Part shown: positions 39,770 through 53,172 of the stretch, in pieces
Numbering within the stretch: the stretch's first letter is position 1
Layout: the number at the start of each line of letters is the position of its first letter
DNA from: Tubulanus polymorphus
Lineage: Eukaryota; Animalia; Nemertea
NCBI RefSeq assembly: GCF_964204645.1
Contig: NC_134026.1
Location: 17,270,150-17,334,149 of the forward strand
DNA length: 64,000 bases
Direction: 5' to 3'
Program-made: the position numbers and the translations under genes
Notes under the pieces: model-generated
The model's input: only the letters and a program-made list of their open reading frames with translations
Told to the model about the DNA's origin: nothing
Database searches by the model: none

Positions 39770-40850
39770 GAATCACAGACGCGCAAAAATAATGCGATTC
39801 TTTGCGATTGTGTCGATTCATACTATCGCATTGTTGGTGATATTCTACATGGAATCGCAGGCATGCAAAAGACAATGCAATTGTACCATTCAGAAATAAT
39901 CGCAAATTCTTTAGAATCACATGCCATCCTTTTGCGATCGTATGAATCGCACTTTACGTTAGTGAAATTCAATTCATATAATCGTAAAACGTAGGATTGC
40001 AAATCGTTACAATCGCATGAAATCCTTTTTCGATCGTATGTGATTGTAGTGATCGTGTGAATCGCACTTTACCTTAGTGAAATACAATTCATATAATCAT
40101 AGATGATAGAATCGCAAATTCTTCAGAAATAGGACAATACAAATACTCACATATCACAAATACTCACGAATTGCATGCTATCCTTTTGCGATCGTAGCGA
40201 TCATATGAATCGCACTTTACCTTAGTGAAATTCAATTCATGTAGTCATAGATCATAGAATCGCAAATTCTTCAGAATCGCATGCTATCCTTTTGCGATCA
40301 CATCAATCGCATTGTTGTTGATACTTTACATAGAATCGCAGACGCGCAAAAAATAATGCGATTGTACTATTCAGATCGTAGCGATCATATAAATCGCACT
40401 TTATGTTGGTGAAATTCAATTCATATAATCGTAAATCATAGAATCGCAAATTATTTACAATCACATGCTATCCTTTTGTGATTGTAAGCGGTCATTGCGA
40501 CATATGAATCGCACTTAACATTAGTGATATTCAATTCATAGGATCGCAAATGTAGAATCGCAATTTCTTAAGAATCGCATGCTATCCTTTTGCGATCGTA
40601 TAAATCGCATTTTACGTTAGTGAAATTCAATTCATAGAATCGCAAATTCTTTAGAATCGCATGCTATCCTTTTGCGATCATATGTGATCGTAGTTATCGT
40701 TTGTATCGCATTTTAAGTTAGTGATATTCAATTCATATAATCTATAATCGTAGAATAGCTTTCTGAAATCATAGAATCGCAAATCAATAGAATCGCACAT
40801 TATTTCCTTAAATTATGAATAGAATCGGAAGGATCGCAATACTGTGCGAT
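39770..40850. repeat. GAATCGCA-rich complex tandem array, with an inverted copy at ~34815-34932
   Basis: AATCGCATGCTATCCTTTTGCGATC and TTAGTGAAATTCAATTCAT recur many times; 34815-34932 is the reverse complement of ~39771-39890. Confidence 0.85.
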
Positions 40851-41772
40851 TGTGCTATTAAGTAATACCGCACTGTTCTCCAATCTTAGGCCAATAGCAA
40901 TTCATTTTGATCACAACGATAATTGTGATTGATCATTGCAAGTCAGAACCAGTGAATTCCTAATACCATTCTAATAATTCCATCTGATTCCTCCTTTAGA
41001 GGGAACTTAGTTTAACCTAGTAGGCTTGCATAGGCCTAGCATCCGGACAGAATTGACTTAGGCCTATTGAATTTCAACCCTCCTAAACATCGTATTCCTA
41101 TTACACCCCATTCGACAGGGCTCATCTCCAGCAACGTTGCCGGATTTTTTATTTTGTTTTGAAGTCCAATCCATGAGTCGGTAAATAATCACAACAATTA
41201 CAATGTGTTTGATTGAGACAGAACAGCTCAGTAGGCCTAAAGGTCGCGTACAACTCAATGAATAGTTCAAGCAACACAGGAAGAATCTCCTATCCCCCGG
41301 TGTAATGGGTAATTGTTAAAATTACTGTTTGAAGACCGCAGCTGAATGTGAAGTCTTGCGGTAATAAATTTGTTTATTTATACTTAAATTGATAATCGAA
41401 GTGACGAGCAGCCTGTGGCGTCCCCGAGTGGTGTCTGATTCCCGTACGTGAAGGTAGATACCGGTAACCAGTCTAACTCTACGCGACTCCAACTAATCGT
41501 TCCGCATAACACCTCCAAATTGACTATAGCATATGAATTATTTTATGTTAAAACGTATCATTATTCATCATCTTATATTATCGTCACTTCGGAATATTAC
41601 TTGCACGATATTGGGAAAAGAAACCATAAATTACACAATTTGAATTTCATTGCCCCGGATTATAACTGTAGGCAACATACTCCACTTACAAGAATAACAT
41701 AACACTCCACTAAAATGGCAAACTATTCAATATGGGGCTAATTTGCGCTGTTCAGAGGGTTGAAGTGGCTAA

Positions 41773-42038
41773 CCCTTCCAGTGCCTCTACACGGCAGTGC
41801 GGTGTACAAATCGGTGATGGATTTTGCTAGTACACTGCAATGCGGTGTATTGATGATATCAGTAATTAGTAATTATCTCTTGAAAAATGGCAGCACCTGT
41901 CAAACAGTGAAATACTAGTAACTAACGATACACATATATAGTGGTATTCCTGTTATTCAACACGCTAGGGTGGAAATTCTTTAAATAATCAAATTATCTC
42001 CAGCCCGAGAGGGTATTGATTAGTCAGCACTGAAAGGG
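41773..42038. mobile_element. piggyBac-type MITE (266 bp)
   Basis: CCCTTCCAGTGC ... GCACTGAAAGGG; flanks CTAA and TTAA. Confidence 0.75.
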
Positions 42039-42539
42039 TTAAACTGTGGGGATCAGATGAAAAACCCATGCAGTATTTGTGAATGCAACATCGTACTTGT
42101 GATAAAATATGGTTTCATTGAGAATGGAAGTGAGAGACAGTAGTTTTTAGATTTTCAGTAAAATCCAGTGTGAAAAGGTGAAAAATAATAATAAATATAG
42201 CTGCAAAGCAGCGATAACGGATTTTCTGCACAGTCTCAGAATCCTGTTCAACGGTGGATTTCGACAAAGCATATAATAAGGCACAACATCAGCCATTACT
42301 AAACAGACCATTAAAAAACAGTATCAATGATAGGTCCCTCAAGTGGCTCAGCAGTTATCTCTGAACGAAAACTTGTAGCCGAAATCAACGGAACGCCTTA
42401 TCTTGGAATAAGTCGGTCTAACTAGTGGAGTCACGCAAGGTAGTATCCTAAGTCGTCTTCTGTTTAATGTCCTGACAAATGACATACACAGTAATCCAAA
42501 ATATACCGGACCGAGTAAATTTCCAAAACCACTTTAACA

Positions 42540-43080
42540 CGCCGTTCCACCAAAAAACTTAATGTTCCGACAAGAAAATCTTGTTCGAATGAAAACAATT
42601 CTGTTTGATCGAACAATACGCTTTTTGTTTGAACCAAAACTTTTCTTCATTCCGACAAAAAATGTGTTCGAATAAAAAGTTATGTTATTGTTGAAATGAA
42701 AAACTTTTTGTCCCGGCAAAAAAATTTGGTTGAGTGAAAACAATTTTTTCGAACGATTGTTTGAATGAAAACAATTCTGTTCGATTGAACGAAATACTTA
42801 ATACTTTTGGTTCAGAGAAAAAACATTTTACAATATACTTGTTCGAATGAAAAAACGTAATGTTCTGACAAGAAAATTCTGTTCAAATTAAAACGATTCC
42901 ATTCGATCGAACGATTGTTCGAACGAAAAACCTTTCGCTTGGACAAAAAAAGTTTGTTCAACTTTGTTCTAACGATTTTTTCAAATCGGTTAAATCGAAC
43001 AGAATATTATTGGTTTGAAATAAATAAATTTTGTTCCAACGAAAGAATTTTCAAGCGAAAGGTCTTTTGAACGAAAAAAA
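42540..43080. repeat. TTCGAA/GAAC-rich degenerate repeat element
   Basis: TTGTTCGAATGAAAACAATTCTG motif recurs. Confidence 0.6.
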
Positions 43081-46000
43081 AGATATTTCTGGGGCTCCGC
43101 AGTAACTTAAAGCCGGACATAGGTCAGCCTTGTGACGGGATGCGATCCTCGCGTTGCATCGCAAGTTTCGGTGCAAGTCAGTTGCCATACTATTCTCAGC
43201 GACTGTGTGCGACTAGTTTCTGCCAGTCGCAAGAGCGCGTAGGTCGGGCGTGACAGTCGTGTCGCGTCGCAGAAAGTAGAACACGTGCGACTCCTTGTGA
43301 CTGGTGCAACCCATCGCAAGGGAGCGTAGGTTGATGAGTCGTTGACACAATCGTCGCTGGAGGTCGCAGTGAATGGCTTCGCAGTGAGTCACAAGCCGTC
43401 GCAAGGCCGACCTACGCCCAGCATAAGTCATAGGAATTAATGAAATACCAGTTTCATTTATGATGAAATAACTCAAATGAAAAGTCTGGCTTATAAAGCT
43501 GTCTGCTCAGACATAATTTTCAAAAAAAATCTTCATTTTTGCTAATAAAATTGATAATTGTGATTGATCGTTGCAAGTAAGAACCAGTTAATCACTAATT
43601 AACATGCATTTTAATAAATCTGATTCATCCTTTACAATGAACTTAGCTTTAACCTAGTAGACGCTACAAGCCTATGTAGGCCTATGTATATGCGTAGGCC
43701 TAACAACCGGACAGATTGGTCGTAGGCCTATTGAATAACAACCCTCCTAAATATCGTAAATTTTGTTTTGAAGTTCAATCCAATGTGTCCGTTAATAAAT
43801 GCAACAATTATACTGTGTTTGTTTGAGACAGTAAAGCTCAGTACCGGTAGGCCTAAAGCCTTAAGGTCACGTAAAACTCGATAAACACTTCAAGCGACAC
43901 AGCGAAAGGATCTCCTTTCCCCCACAGCGAACGCTTACTCCGAATATCAAGTGTGAGTCCAGCTTACGGATAAGAGTGTGTTATATAGGCCTACTTGTAT
44001 TTAGTAAATAGCTTGAAGCCCGCGGCCGAATAAAGTAATATATTCTTTTATTTTTATACCTCGTCGACACAACAGCTTTTCTCCGCTATATCTCTTCGGC
44101 GTGTTTAGTTTAGGCCTACGACTCCCCGGTACACTAATGATTTATCTTAGTACATACAGGGTTAATTTGGTAAAGAAAAATAGGTATTGTTAAACTAACT
44201 GCTTGAAGCCCACAGCCAAATCACTGGTAGTAATAAATTAAATTGTACTCGATTTGATTCTCATGATGAGGAGAAACTCGCAGCTGATCCCCGGAACGAC
44301 GATGTAGTGACACAGTCGATTCGTCGATGTTTACAGCTCGACAGTGCTTTTAAAATCTAAAGTAGTAAATTTCCTGTGTATCGATGATATGATTTGATGA
44401 GGAAAATGGGCTATTGTTAAAATTAGTTTTTAAAAACCGTGACAGAATGTGCAATCTTTGGGTAATAAATTTGTTAATTTATGCTTGAATTGATAATCGA
44501 TGTGACAAGAAACGTGCGGTAGATTTCGGAAAGACGACTTAGAATAACATGTCGGCTCTTTGAATGGGGCTCAATTTTCTATGTTTACGGCCCGACAATG
44601 CTTTTGTAACGTTGATTCTTCAAAATACGCACGGAGTATTTGTAGATCGAAGTGAGCTGAATGATATCAGACGGATTTTATCGGCAACAGCGGTAATGTA
44701 AAAAAGCCTATGTACTTTCGACAAAAAAGTGTGGGAAAAAATAATAATAAATATAGCTGCGAAGCAGCGATGACAGGTTTTCTGCAAAGCCATTCAGAAA
44801 GATGGGAATTGTAGTAAATTGAAATATCGATACATAGAATAAAATGCATTGACAGATTCGAACCTAATATGCTACCACTGTGTAAACGTCAAATATGATC
44901 AGCTTTGAAACCGAACATACGCGGATGTACAATCAACAAATATTAATTAATTTGGGCATGCATTTATTTTGGCATTCAAACATCATGATACTGTATTATC
45001 ACCATGCTTAAAAATGGATCTGTCCTATTAAGAACTATCTTAAGCACCTGCTGAGTCGATAGATTGAATGAATTTACAGATAAGAACGAATTATGATTTA
45101 GAATAGATTTAAGAAGTTAATGTTTTTATTGAAATATTTGAATAAATACATATATTGTAGTGTAGATTCAATCAATACATTATGAATTGATCTGGTCTGG
45201 GTTTCCGGCTGATGATGATTTTGGCTTTTATGGATTACAAATTCTATAGTGATAAACAATTGATACCTGCAACATGTGTGTAAATCAAACCTATTCCACT
45301 AGTTGCTTGTGTTTCCTAATAAACGGGAAAGTCACTCTTAATCTGAGTTATTAGAAAAATAATGTTCATTTAGTTATAGAAATTCATTGCCTTTTTGGAA
45401 ATTCTGTAATAATATTTGTACTGTCCTAATTTTCATTACTGTATGAACCAATGATATGCTTTGTAAATATGATGTAATAAAATAAATTTGAATTTGAATT
45501 AAATTTGAACATGAGAATCAAGGATAACTTGTGTTTTTTCAACTTGTCTTTTGTTCCAGAGTTTCAATTACAATCAAATCCAAATTGGCTAAAAAGTACA
45601 TAGGACTAAATGAAATGAACCGTTAGTTACTGCAAACCTATTCCAGTGTTATGTCGATCGTGTTGAATCACTTTCCTTGAGTTGAAAGAATCAGATCTTC
45701 TATGGTGCAACATCGGTCGAAGAGAGATATCTTGGTGTTGACTGTCCATCTAATTTCATGCGTTTGACATTGGAATCAGCATCATACCCATTTGAACTGC
45801 AAAATATTCATACAACATGAAAACCTACGGTACATGTATACAGTAATCAAACTTTCACCGATGTTGGATATTTGAATGAACGTTGGGCTTATTTCAGTAT
45901 TCTAAAGCAGGAAATAATAAGCCCAATCAATAGGCCCTATTCCCATTGGAACAATTGTATAATGCGTACGCTGTACTGTACACTTATCAGTCAAGAATGG

Positions 46001-46349
46001 AGAAATCGGTATACCAAACCTATGAACAGCAAAATGTACAGGCCTACAATGATCTCTGGTATACAAGCCGTGACCACATCGACTATTAATGTCAGCAGGT
46101 CAGAGAAGGCCTGGCCAAATTTAATCACATGGCTCAAATCAATTAGCCTTTCTGCGTGTGAATACTTCACTGTATTGTGGGATCATTCATTTATTACGTA
46201 ATTGTGTTTGTAGTACATAGGCATGGTAGGCTTGTCGTACTCACTTAATACCCGGTACTTAAAACGCTGTTGTTACCTGTACGTGACTGTACGGTGATTT
46301 CTACAGGTTAGCCGTATGTGAGTACGTTGACGCTCAGACTTGCAATATT

Positions 46350-46412
46350 GGGATTCGAAACCAAACGAAAAAAAATCCAGTTGTAGTCCACTGATTTACC
46401 CACTGTGCCACA
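46350..46412 (-). mobile_element. tRNA-derived SINE head
   Basis: A-box TGGCACAGTGG and B-box-like GTTTCGAATCC on the minus strand; no complete cloverleaf. Confidence 0.45.
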
Positions 46413-48424
46413 GAACGTATCTGCAGGGTGGATGAAATTTGATTTACAAATAGCCTAGCCTCACCTAACCCAAACTCTATTCTTTCACGCATGCACGTTT
46501 GCAGATTATAGGAACTCACTTACAGCCTTTTTAGGGAACTCACGTACGGTTAACCTGTGGATATCACCGTACAGTCACTGGCACGTACGGGAAACAACTT
46601 CGTACTTAAAAAATGGTATTGGCTAGTAGGGAACTCACGTACGGTTAACCTGTGGAGATCACCATACAGTCACGTACGAGTAACAACTACGTACTTACTG
46701 GTAATGGCTACTGTAGGCCTATAGACAAATAAATACCGGTACTGCGGTAGGCTTTCTTAGCTTCCATACTTCACAACCGAACCAACTGACCAACCAGTAT
46801 ATTTATTCCCAGTACGCACCAACCGGTACAGGCCTAACACTGTTTGTCAACTGTGTGTACCATAGTAGGCTATCGATAATCACCTGATACTTTTCTGTCG
46901 TTAGTTTTCTCTCTGAGACGAACGTAATTCTAGCAGCCCTCCGCGACTCAACGACCTTGATTTAAACTTGATCAATTCAAAATCTGTTTATTGACGCTTT
47001 TGGTTAAATGAACTGATCAGCAATATACTTAAATGAAATAACCGGAATAACAAGAAATCCAAAATATTAAAGAGGTAACAAACAAATGCCCGTAAACCTG
47101 TCAGACACGCGAACGCCGGACTCATAAACTCTTGGACTCGGACCCGCTGAGCAATAAATTCATAAAATTGACTTTGAAATTGATTGTGGAGAAGAGAGGG
47201 AATAATTCGATAGCTCTTCCTCATAAAGAAGAGAGAAATTTCGGAAAGAGAACACAACATGGCTACGAATTGAATGGAGCCAAATTTCCGATGTTTACGG
47301 CTCGACGATGCCTTTATAACGTGGATTTATCAAAATTCCCATGCAGTATCTGGAGATTGAAGTGAGCTGAAGGACATGATACGGATTGTATCGGCGACAG
47401 CGGTAAGGTAAGGAAGCCTTTACACTTTTAACAAAAACTGTGTGGAAAAGGGAAAAAAAAAATAATAATAATCACGCGAATTTCAATAGGGTTTTCTGTG
47501 AAGCAATAGAAAACCCTAAATATAGCTGTAAAGCAGCGATAACGGGTTTTTTGCTGTCTTAGAATCCTGTTCATCGGTGGATTTCGACAAAGCATTTGAT
47601 AAGGCACAACATCAGCCATTACTAACTAAACAGGCTATTAGGAAACAGTATCAATGATAGGTCGCCCAAATGGCTCAGCAGTTATCTCTGAACGAAAACT
47701 TATAGCCAAAATCAACGGAACGCCTCATCTTGGAATAAGTCGGTCTAACTAGTGGAGTCACGCTAGGTAGTATCCTAAGTCGTCTACTGTTTAATGTCCT
47801 GACAAATGACATACACAGTAATCCAAAATATACGGCAAATCAATTGTGACAAAGCATTGATGCGAATGACCTATTCAGTTCATCGACCATGTACCGAACA
47901 CTATTATTGTGCTCAAGCATTTGGGGTTATTCTACTTGAACCCCAACATTCAATATGTCCACCAGATTCTGGTGATCATAAAGTCATTTTAATTTTTCTG
48001 CCAACTTCATTTCTTCTTTCATATTCATCTAACATTAAACATCATTAAGTATGCGTCCCCTTATTGAAATTAGGTTAACTATCTCAATATATCGATGTAA
48101 CTAGGAAGACCTTATTTAAAATGTCGTGATTTTTATGTCGACTTTTTGCGATATTGTCTCAATAAATTGCCATACGTATCACGACATTTTAGCTAAAGGA
48201 ATGATAATTATGTCGACGGTACGTGGTTATGTTGAGATACAGACATTGACATTGGTGAAAGGCGTGATCCGTATAACGATTTATCGTGATATTAACACGA
48301 TATATCAACTTAATAATGTCGATAAATCGCGATATATCAAGTTTGTTTGACATAATTTCGTCGTGATAAAAGGTCGCGGCGGTTTTGTACGGGTCCCATA
48401 TATACGGAAGTACGGATGCGATTA

Positions 48425-48812
48425 AGGGCCTCGAGTTGTCGCGTTCCAACTCGACAAAGTCGCCATATTTATGTCGACAATCGCGATATATCACTTCAAG
48501 TCGACATGAATATGTCGATATATTGTGACGTTTTGACGACATATTTCGTTTTCTCAACCATTTTCCTCGCAACAATTCGACATATTCATGATGACTTGAA
48601 ACTCAGTCGCCATATCACTGGCGTCCTCATCTTACATTTCGACGTGTCTTCAAATGACGGCTTGTCCTGTGGAAAATGGGCGAAAAAGCGAAATTTGTCG
48701 TGAAAACGTCACGATATGTCGACATATTCATGTCGACTTGACCCGATATATCGCGATATGTCGACATAAATATAGCGACTTGTCAAGTTGGAACGCGACA
48801 ACTCGAGGCCCT
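48425..48812. mobile_element. Harbinger-type MITE with long TIRs and TTA TSD
   Basis: AGGGCCTCGAGTTGTCGCGTTCCAACT ... AGTTGGAACGCGACAACTCGAGGCCCT, flanked by TTA; related sequence at 33770-33940. Confidence 0.82.
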
Positions 48813-49348
48813 TTATCGCTTTTGACAGATAAGCTTCCGTACATCTTTCGAAAAAGAAATAATATGTGATCTTTCATTAAGTAGAATCACTTGGATGATC
48901 GCTTTAATATCACTTTAAAAAAAAAAGAATCTGCCAAAATGACCTTAATATTCGACACTATATCAGATTAATCGACTTCAAAATAGGCGAAAGCATAAGT
49001 CTTTATTACATTATTAATTCGCCTAATTATTCAAAAGCTAATAAAGTGGGCGACAAAACCAAAAAAATGAATCGTCGCGGGCGATAAAACCAAAATAATG
49101 AATTTTCGCTGGTGATAAAACCAAAATATTGAATTGTCGCGGGCGACAAAACCAAAACTAGAAAGAAACTTTAAAAGAGGACGTTCGTTTGTGAAACGCA
49201 TGTAGACCCAGAAACCTCCCACATTGATTGGAAAATTTGAATACCGGCTATTCAAGTGTCATCCTACTGCGTAATTCAAAAATTATTCTTTGGGATTCAA
49301 AAATCGAGGAATCAACCATAAATTCTGCCATAAGTTTTACATATATTC

Positions 49349-50155
49349 AAACAAGAGCCCCAAGGGGCACAATGGCCAGCCTGTCAGATTTGCTTTTTAT
49401 AAATGATGTAATCTGTGGGTTATATTTATCAATATACACTCCCTGCTCAATATCATTTACATAGTAAAATCGTGTGTTAACACAGACAGCAGGAACGAAT
49501 GTAATATAGAAATACTAAGTTATTGTATTGTTCAACGCCCCCTGGTGGCCATAAAAAAACCGATGAGCTTGAAACTCACCTCGATCATAGAACATGTCAT
49601 GAGCTACAACTTTCCAATTGATTATAGTAGCAAAATATGCTTAAATATCAATTATGATGTGGAAAAACTTTTTTTCCACCTACGAATGAGTACTGATGAC
49701 CCCAAGATGGCCGCCAAGTGCGTCATAATTGCCTGGTCAAAAATACCCTCTAGGATATAAAAGATCCCTTTCCAAAGAATACCCATTACAAATTGCAATG
49801 AAACATGGCGCACCATTAGAAAGCTACAGTACTCAGGCCAAAATTGACATTTTTGGGAACAAAAAAGGTCACAGTACGGCCATCTTGAGTCCGATCGACT
49901 CAATTTTTCTCATGCCGATGGGCCCTCGGGGGATACAAATATATACGAATGATCAAGGTTATTGATAAAAGTGTCTTCAAAATTTCCCTCGAAAACTTCA
50001 AAAATGTGTAAAAAGTGCTGATTTTGGCGAACAACAATGGCTGCCAGTCGGCCATCTTGAATCTGACCGGGCCAGTTTTTGGCCTGAAGATGTGTCTAGG
50101 GTAGATACACGTATAAAACAAATATCAAGACATTACCTTGACGCGTCTTCAAAAC
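49349..50155 (+). mobile_element. HINE-like family A copy
   Basis: 5' end AACAAGAGCCCCAAGGGGCACAATGGCC, also at ~63368; body matches 8150-8780. Confidence 0.8.
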
Positions 50156-52907
50156 TTTGGAACTCTCACGAACTATGTAGATGGTTATCTCTCGACCTCA
50201 ATAGCTTCAAGACCCATCTCAAAACAACTTTGTTCCATGCAGCATACCATTAACTCTCGGAAAGCGAATTGTATTTAACATTTTTTGGCAGAATAAAATT
50301 TGACTGAATTTGCAATTCGGGCACATGGCTAATTAGCATATCAAGGTCATACACCCGATTTGGTAAAACCTTTTTTTTCGCGAACCTTGCGCAATTGTCA
50401 AGGATGAATTTTCTGTCGAGCAAATAAAAATTCCTCCCAAACACCAAATCAACTAAAGATAGAAATCGATCTTGAAATACACTTTTAAATCTTAAAATAA
50501 AACCCGGAAGTAAAACAGTAGACGATACCGCGGATTCACGTGAACACCTGATTTCTGTAAACGAAATGTTGGTTGTGACAAAATTGTTCAGACGGTTTTA
50601 GGTGGTAATAAGTACGGAAACGTAACGACCATGGTCGACTTATTCGATGAAATCAGGCCTATGTGATATCCAAATTTTGACTTTTTTATTCTCCAGACCT
50701 CCCTGATATAGAAATAAAAAATTTTGGTGGTACGAAAGTGCAATCACAGCGCCGACGGGGACAGAGCCGTGTCAGAGATCGGCGGAGTGAAAATTGAGGT
50801 GGACGAACACGAAGAAGTAGGCTATTGCGCTATTTGAATCACGAAAACTCCTGGCGCGGCCCCGACGCTTTTCGTTGATTAAGTAATACAAATATCATGC
50901 AATGGGTTTTCACAATCTACCGCTGGTATTTACCGGATTTCAATATCACTCCAAAATTCAAAGACACCTTGAAATATCGAACCGGAACACTTCCGGTAGA
51001 TATCCGCGGCTGCCCAACCGGGAAGTTTCAATAGATATTGATAGGATCCATCATCTTCACCCGTCAAGGGATTCGAACCCACTAAGCTAAAGCCATGCCA
51101 GAATCGGGTCGGGCCAATCACAGCGCTTGTAACAAACCACATTAGGCTTCTGTGGAATTTCCCAGTAAATGGGCCAATCAGCGAACACGTAGCGAACGCG
51201 GAAGTATTGTCGCGTGTTGATACATGACGTCGTGCGCAAAAGCGCCAGTAATGAAATCGCGATAATTAACGTGAACAGCTGCTGATATTTTCAGATAAAC
51301 CAATCACAGGGAAGACACAACTTCCTGATTGGCAGATAAAAATTGAAATTTTCCCGATTTAACTTTCGTGAAAAATGCAGAAAACATTTTTATGAGACCC
51401 CATTTCAAAATTCTGCTCGCTACGATTCCGAGAATGGATTACGCTTAAATACGTGATTTGTTCGAATATGCCCTCACTTGGCAAGCAAAAGAGCCTTTTG
51501 TGTGGAAACCATGTCATTTAAATTCGCTCCATTTGTATAGTAATAGGCTCAGCCTACGGCTGGCCTAAAAATTGAGTAGGAGGCCGGTGAATGTTTTAAC
51601 GTTGAGACTGAATGCAAGTTGGTTTAGGGGTTGGACTAGTCCTACCCTTCAGAATTTGAATGTGCCCGCCAAAAAGTATTTGAATAGATTTTCTAAGCAA
51701 AAATAAATCCAAATGGCATAAAATACCCCTTTTGGTCCTATATATTCGTAGGGCCAAAGGAACCCCACCAATGTTTGCCTTGCACTTAGATAACCATAAA
51801 ATAAAAGTAGTCAGGAAGTATTAATGGCAAGAAAACTTGAGTAAAATATTTATTAAACACATTTTATAACAGGATATGATCTGTAGTCAAATGTGTGTCT
51901 GCCAGATGATGTTTCTTCTAGGCTGTTTATATCCTAAAAATAAAAAAAATTAAAAACAACGACAATAGATATTTCAATACATGTCCCCTGGACAAGAATT
52001 ATTTCAGAGAGAGTCTATAAAACGTGAATACTTGATTGTACAATCTAATGGCATAGCAGTTGGCTCCAGTTGAAAAATCATTGGACAAAAGAAAAAATCA
52101 AAAAAGTTTTGGTGCCAAAAAATCTAATTTGTTGTCAGGTTTGTTTACACATGTGCGCGATGCACGTGGTTATATTACTGTTTACATCCGACGTCATCGG
52201 CAGATCGCAAGCCCCGTCCCACGTGTCAATCAAATGGCTCATAGGCAAAATGTTAAAAGAACCCTACTAAAAAAACTATGCAGTGTAACAATCCAGGATT
52301 TTCGGTACAGAATCTGACGCCAAATACCTTTCTCTTAAAGGTTTTTTGGTGTATAGCGGATAAATAATAATTATGATACTTACTTCATAAAATTTGAAGT
52401 GGATTGCTTCTGATTCATGGCGGCTGTATTTAAGTCACGTAGGTCAAACTGACAGCATGTGTGTGCGTGTCGAGCGGACCATTGCGTAATTTTCAATGCT
52501 GCGAACGTCTCTAGATTCTCACCGGGCCTCTATGCGCTCACAAAGAATTAAGTTAAGTCACCATATATGTTGACACTCACCTTTAAAGAGACTTCGTACA
52601 GTCCTCTAAAGTTAACATCCACGATACAACGATTTTAAAAATGGCACTTCTGTCGTAAGCAACACGTGATGTGTGATGTCACATAAACGGCGTGAAGAGC
52701 ATTTTTTCAAGAGGGCACAGCAAAAACTAACCAACTATTTTTAACCAAATTCAATCCCAACTTGAAGACACCATTTCTGATGCAGAATTTGAGGAAATCT
52801 CTAACTAACTGGCTTTAAAACGACCTTAAACGTCTGTCAACCAAATCGGAAGTGCGTCATCAACCGGCAAACCGATCACATGAGGACGTTCGTCTAACGA
52901 ACGTCCT

Positions 52908-53172
52908 AAAAATGAATTGTCGCGTGCGACAAAACCAAAATAATGAATTGTCGCGGGCGATAAAACCAAAATAATGAATTGTCGCGGGCGATAAAACCAA
53001 AATATTGAATTGTCATGGGCGTCAAAACCAAAATATTGATTTGTCGCGGGTGACAAAACCAAATTAATGAATTTTCGCGGGCAATAAAACCAAAATAATG
53101 AATTGTCGCGGGCGATAAAACCAAAATAATGAATTGTCGCGGGCGAGAAAACCAAAATTATTGTTTTGTCGC
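52908..53172. repeat. 30-bp minisatellite (GAATTGTCGCGGGCGATAAAACCAAAATAAT); shorter array at 49050-49160
   Basis: About 9 head-to-tail copies with no spacers. Confidence 0.92.

Noticed and set aside
52908-53172. CRISPR-like 30-bp repeats
   Set aside because: Head-to-tail with no unique spacers, no cas genes and a eukaryotic context; it is a minisatellite.
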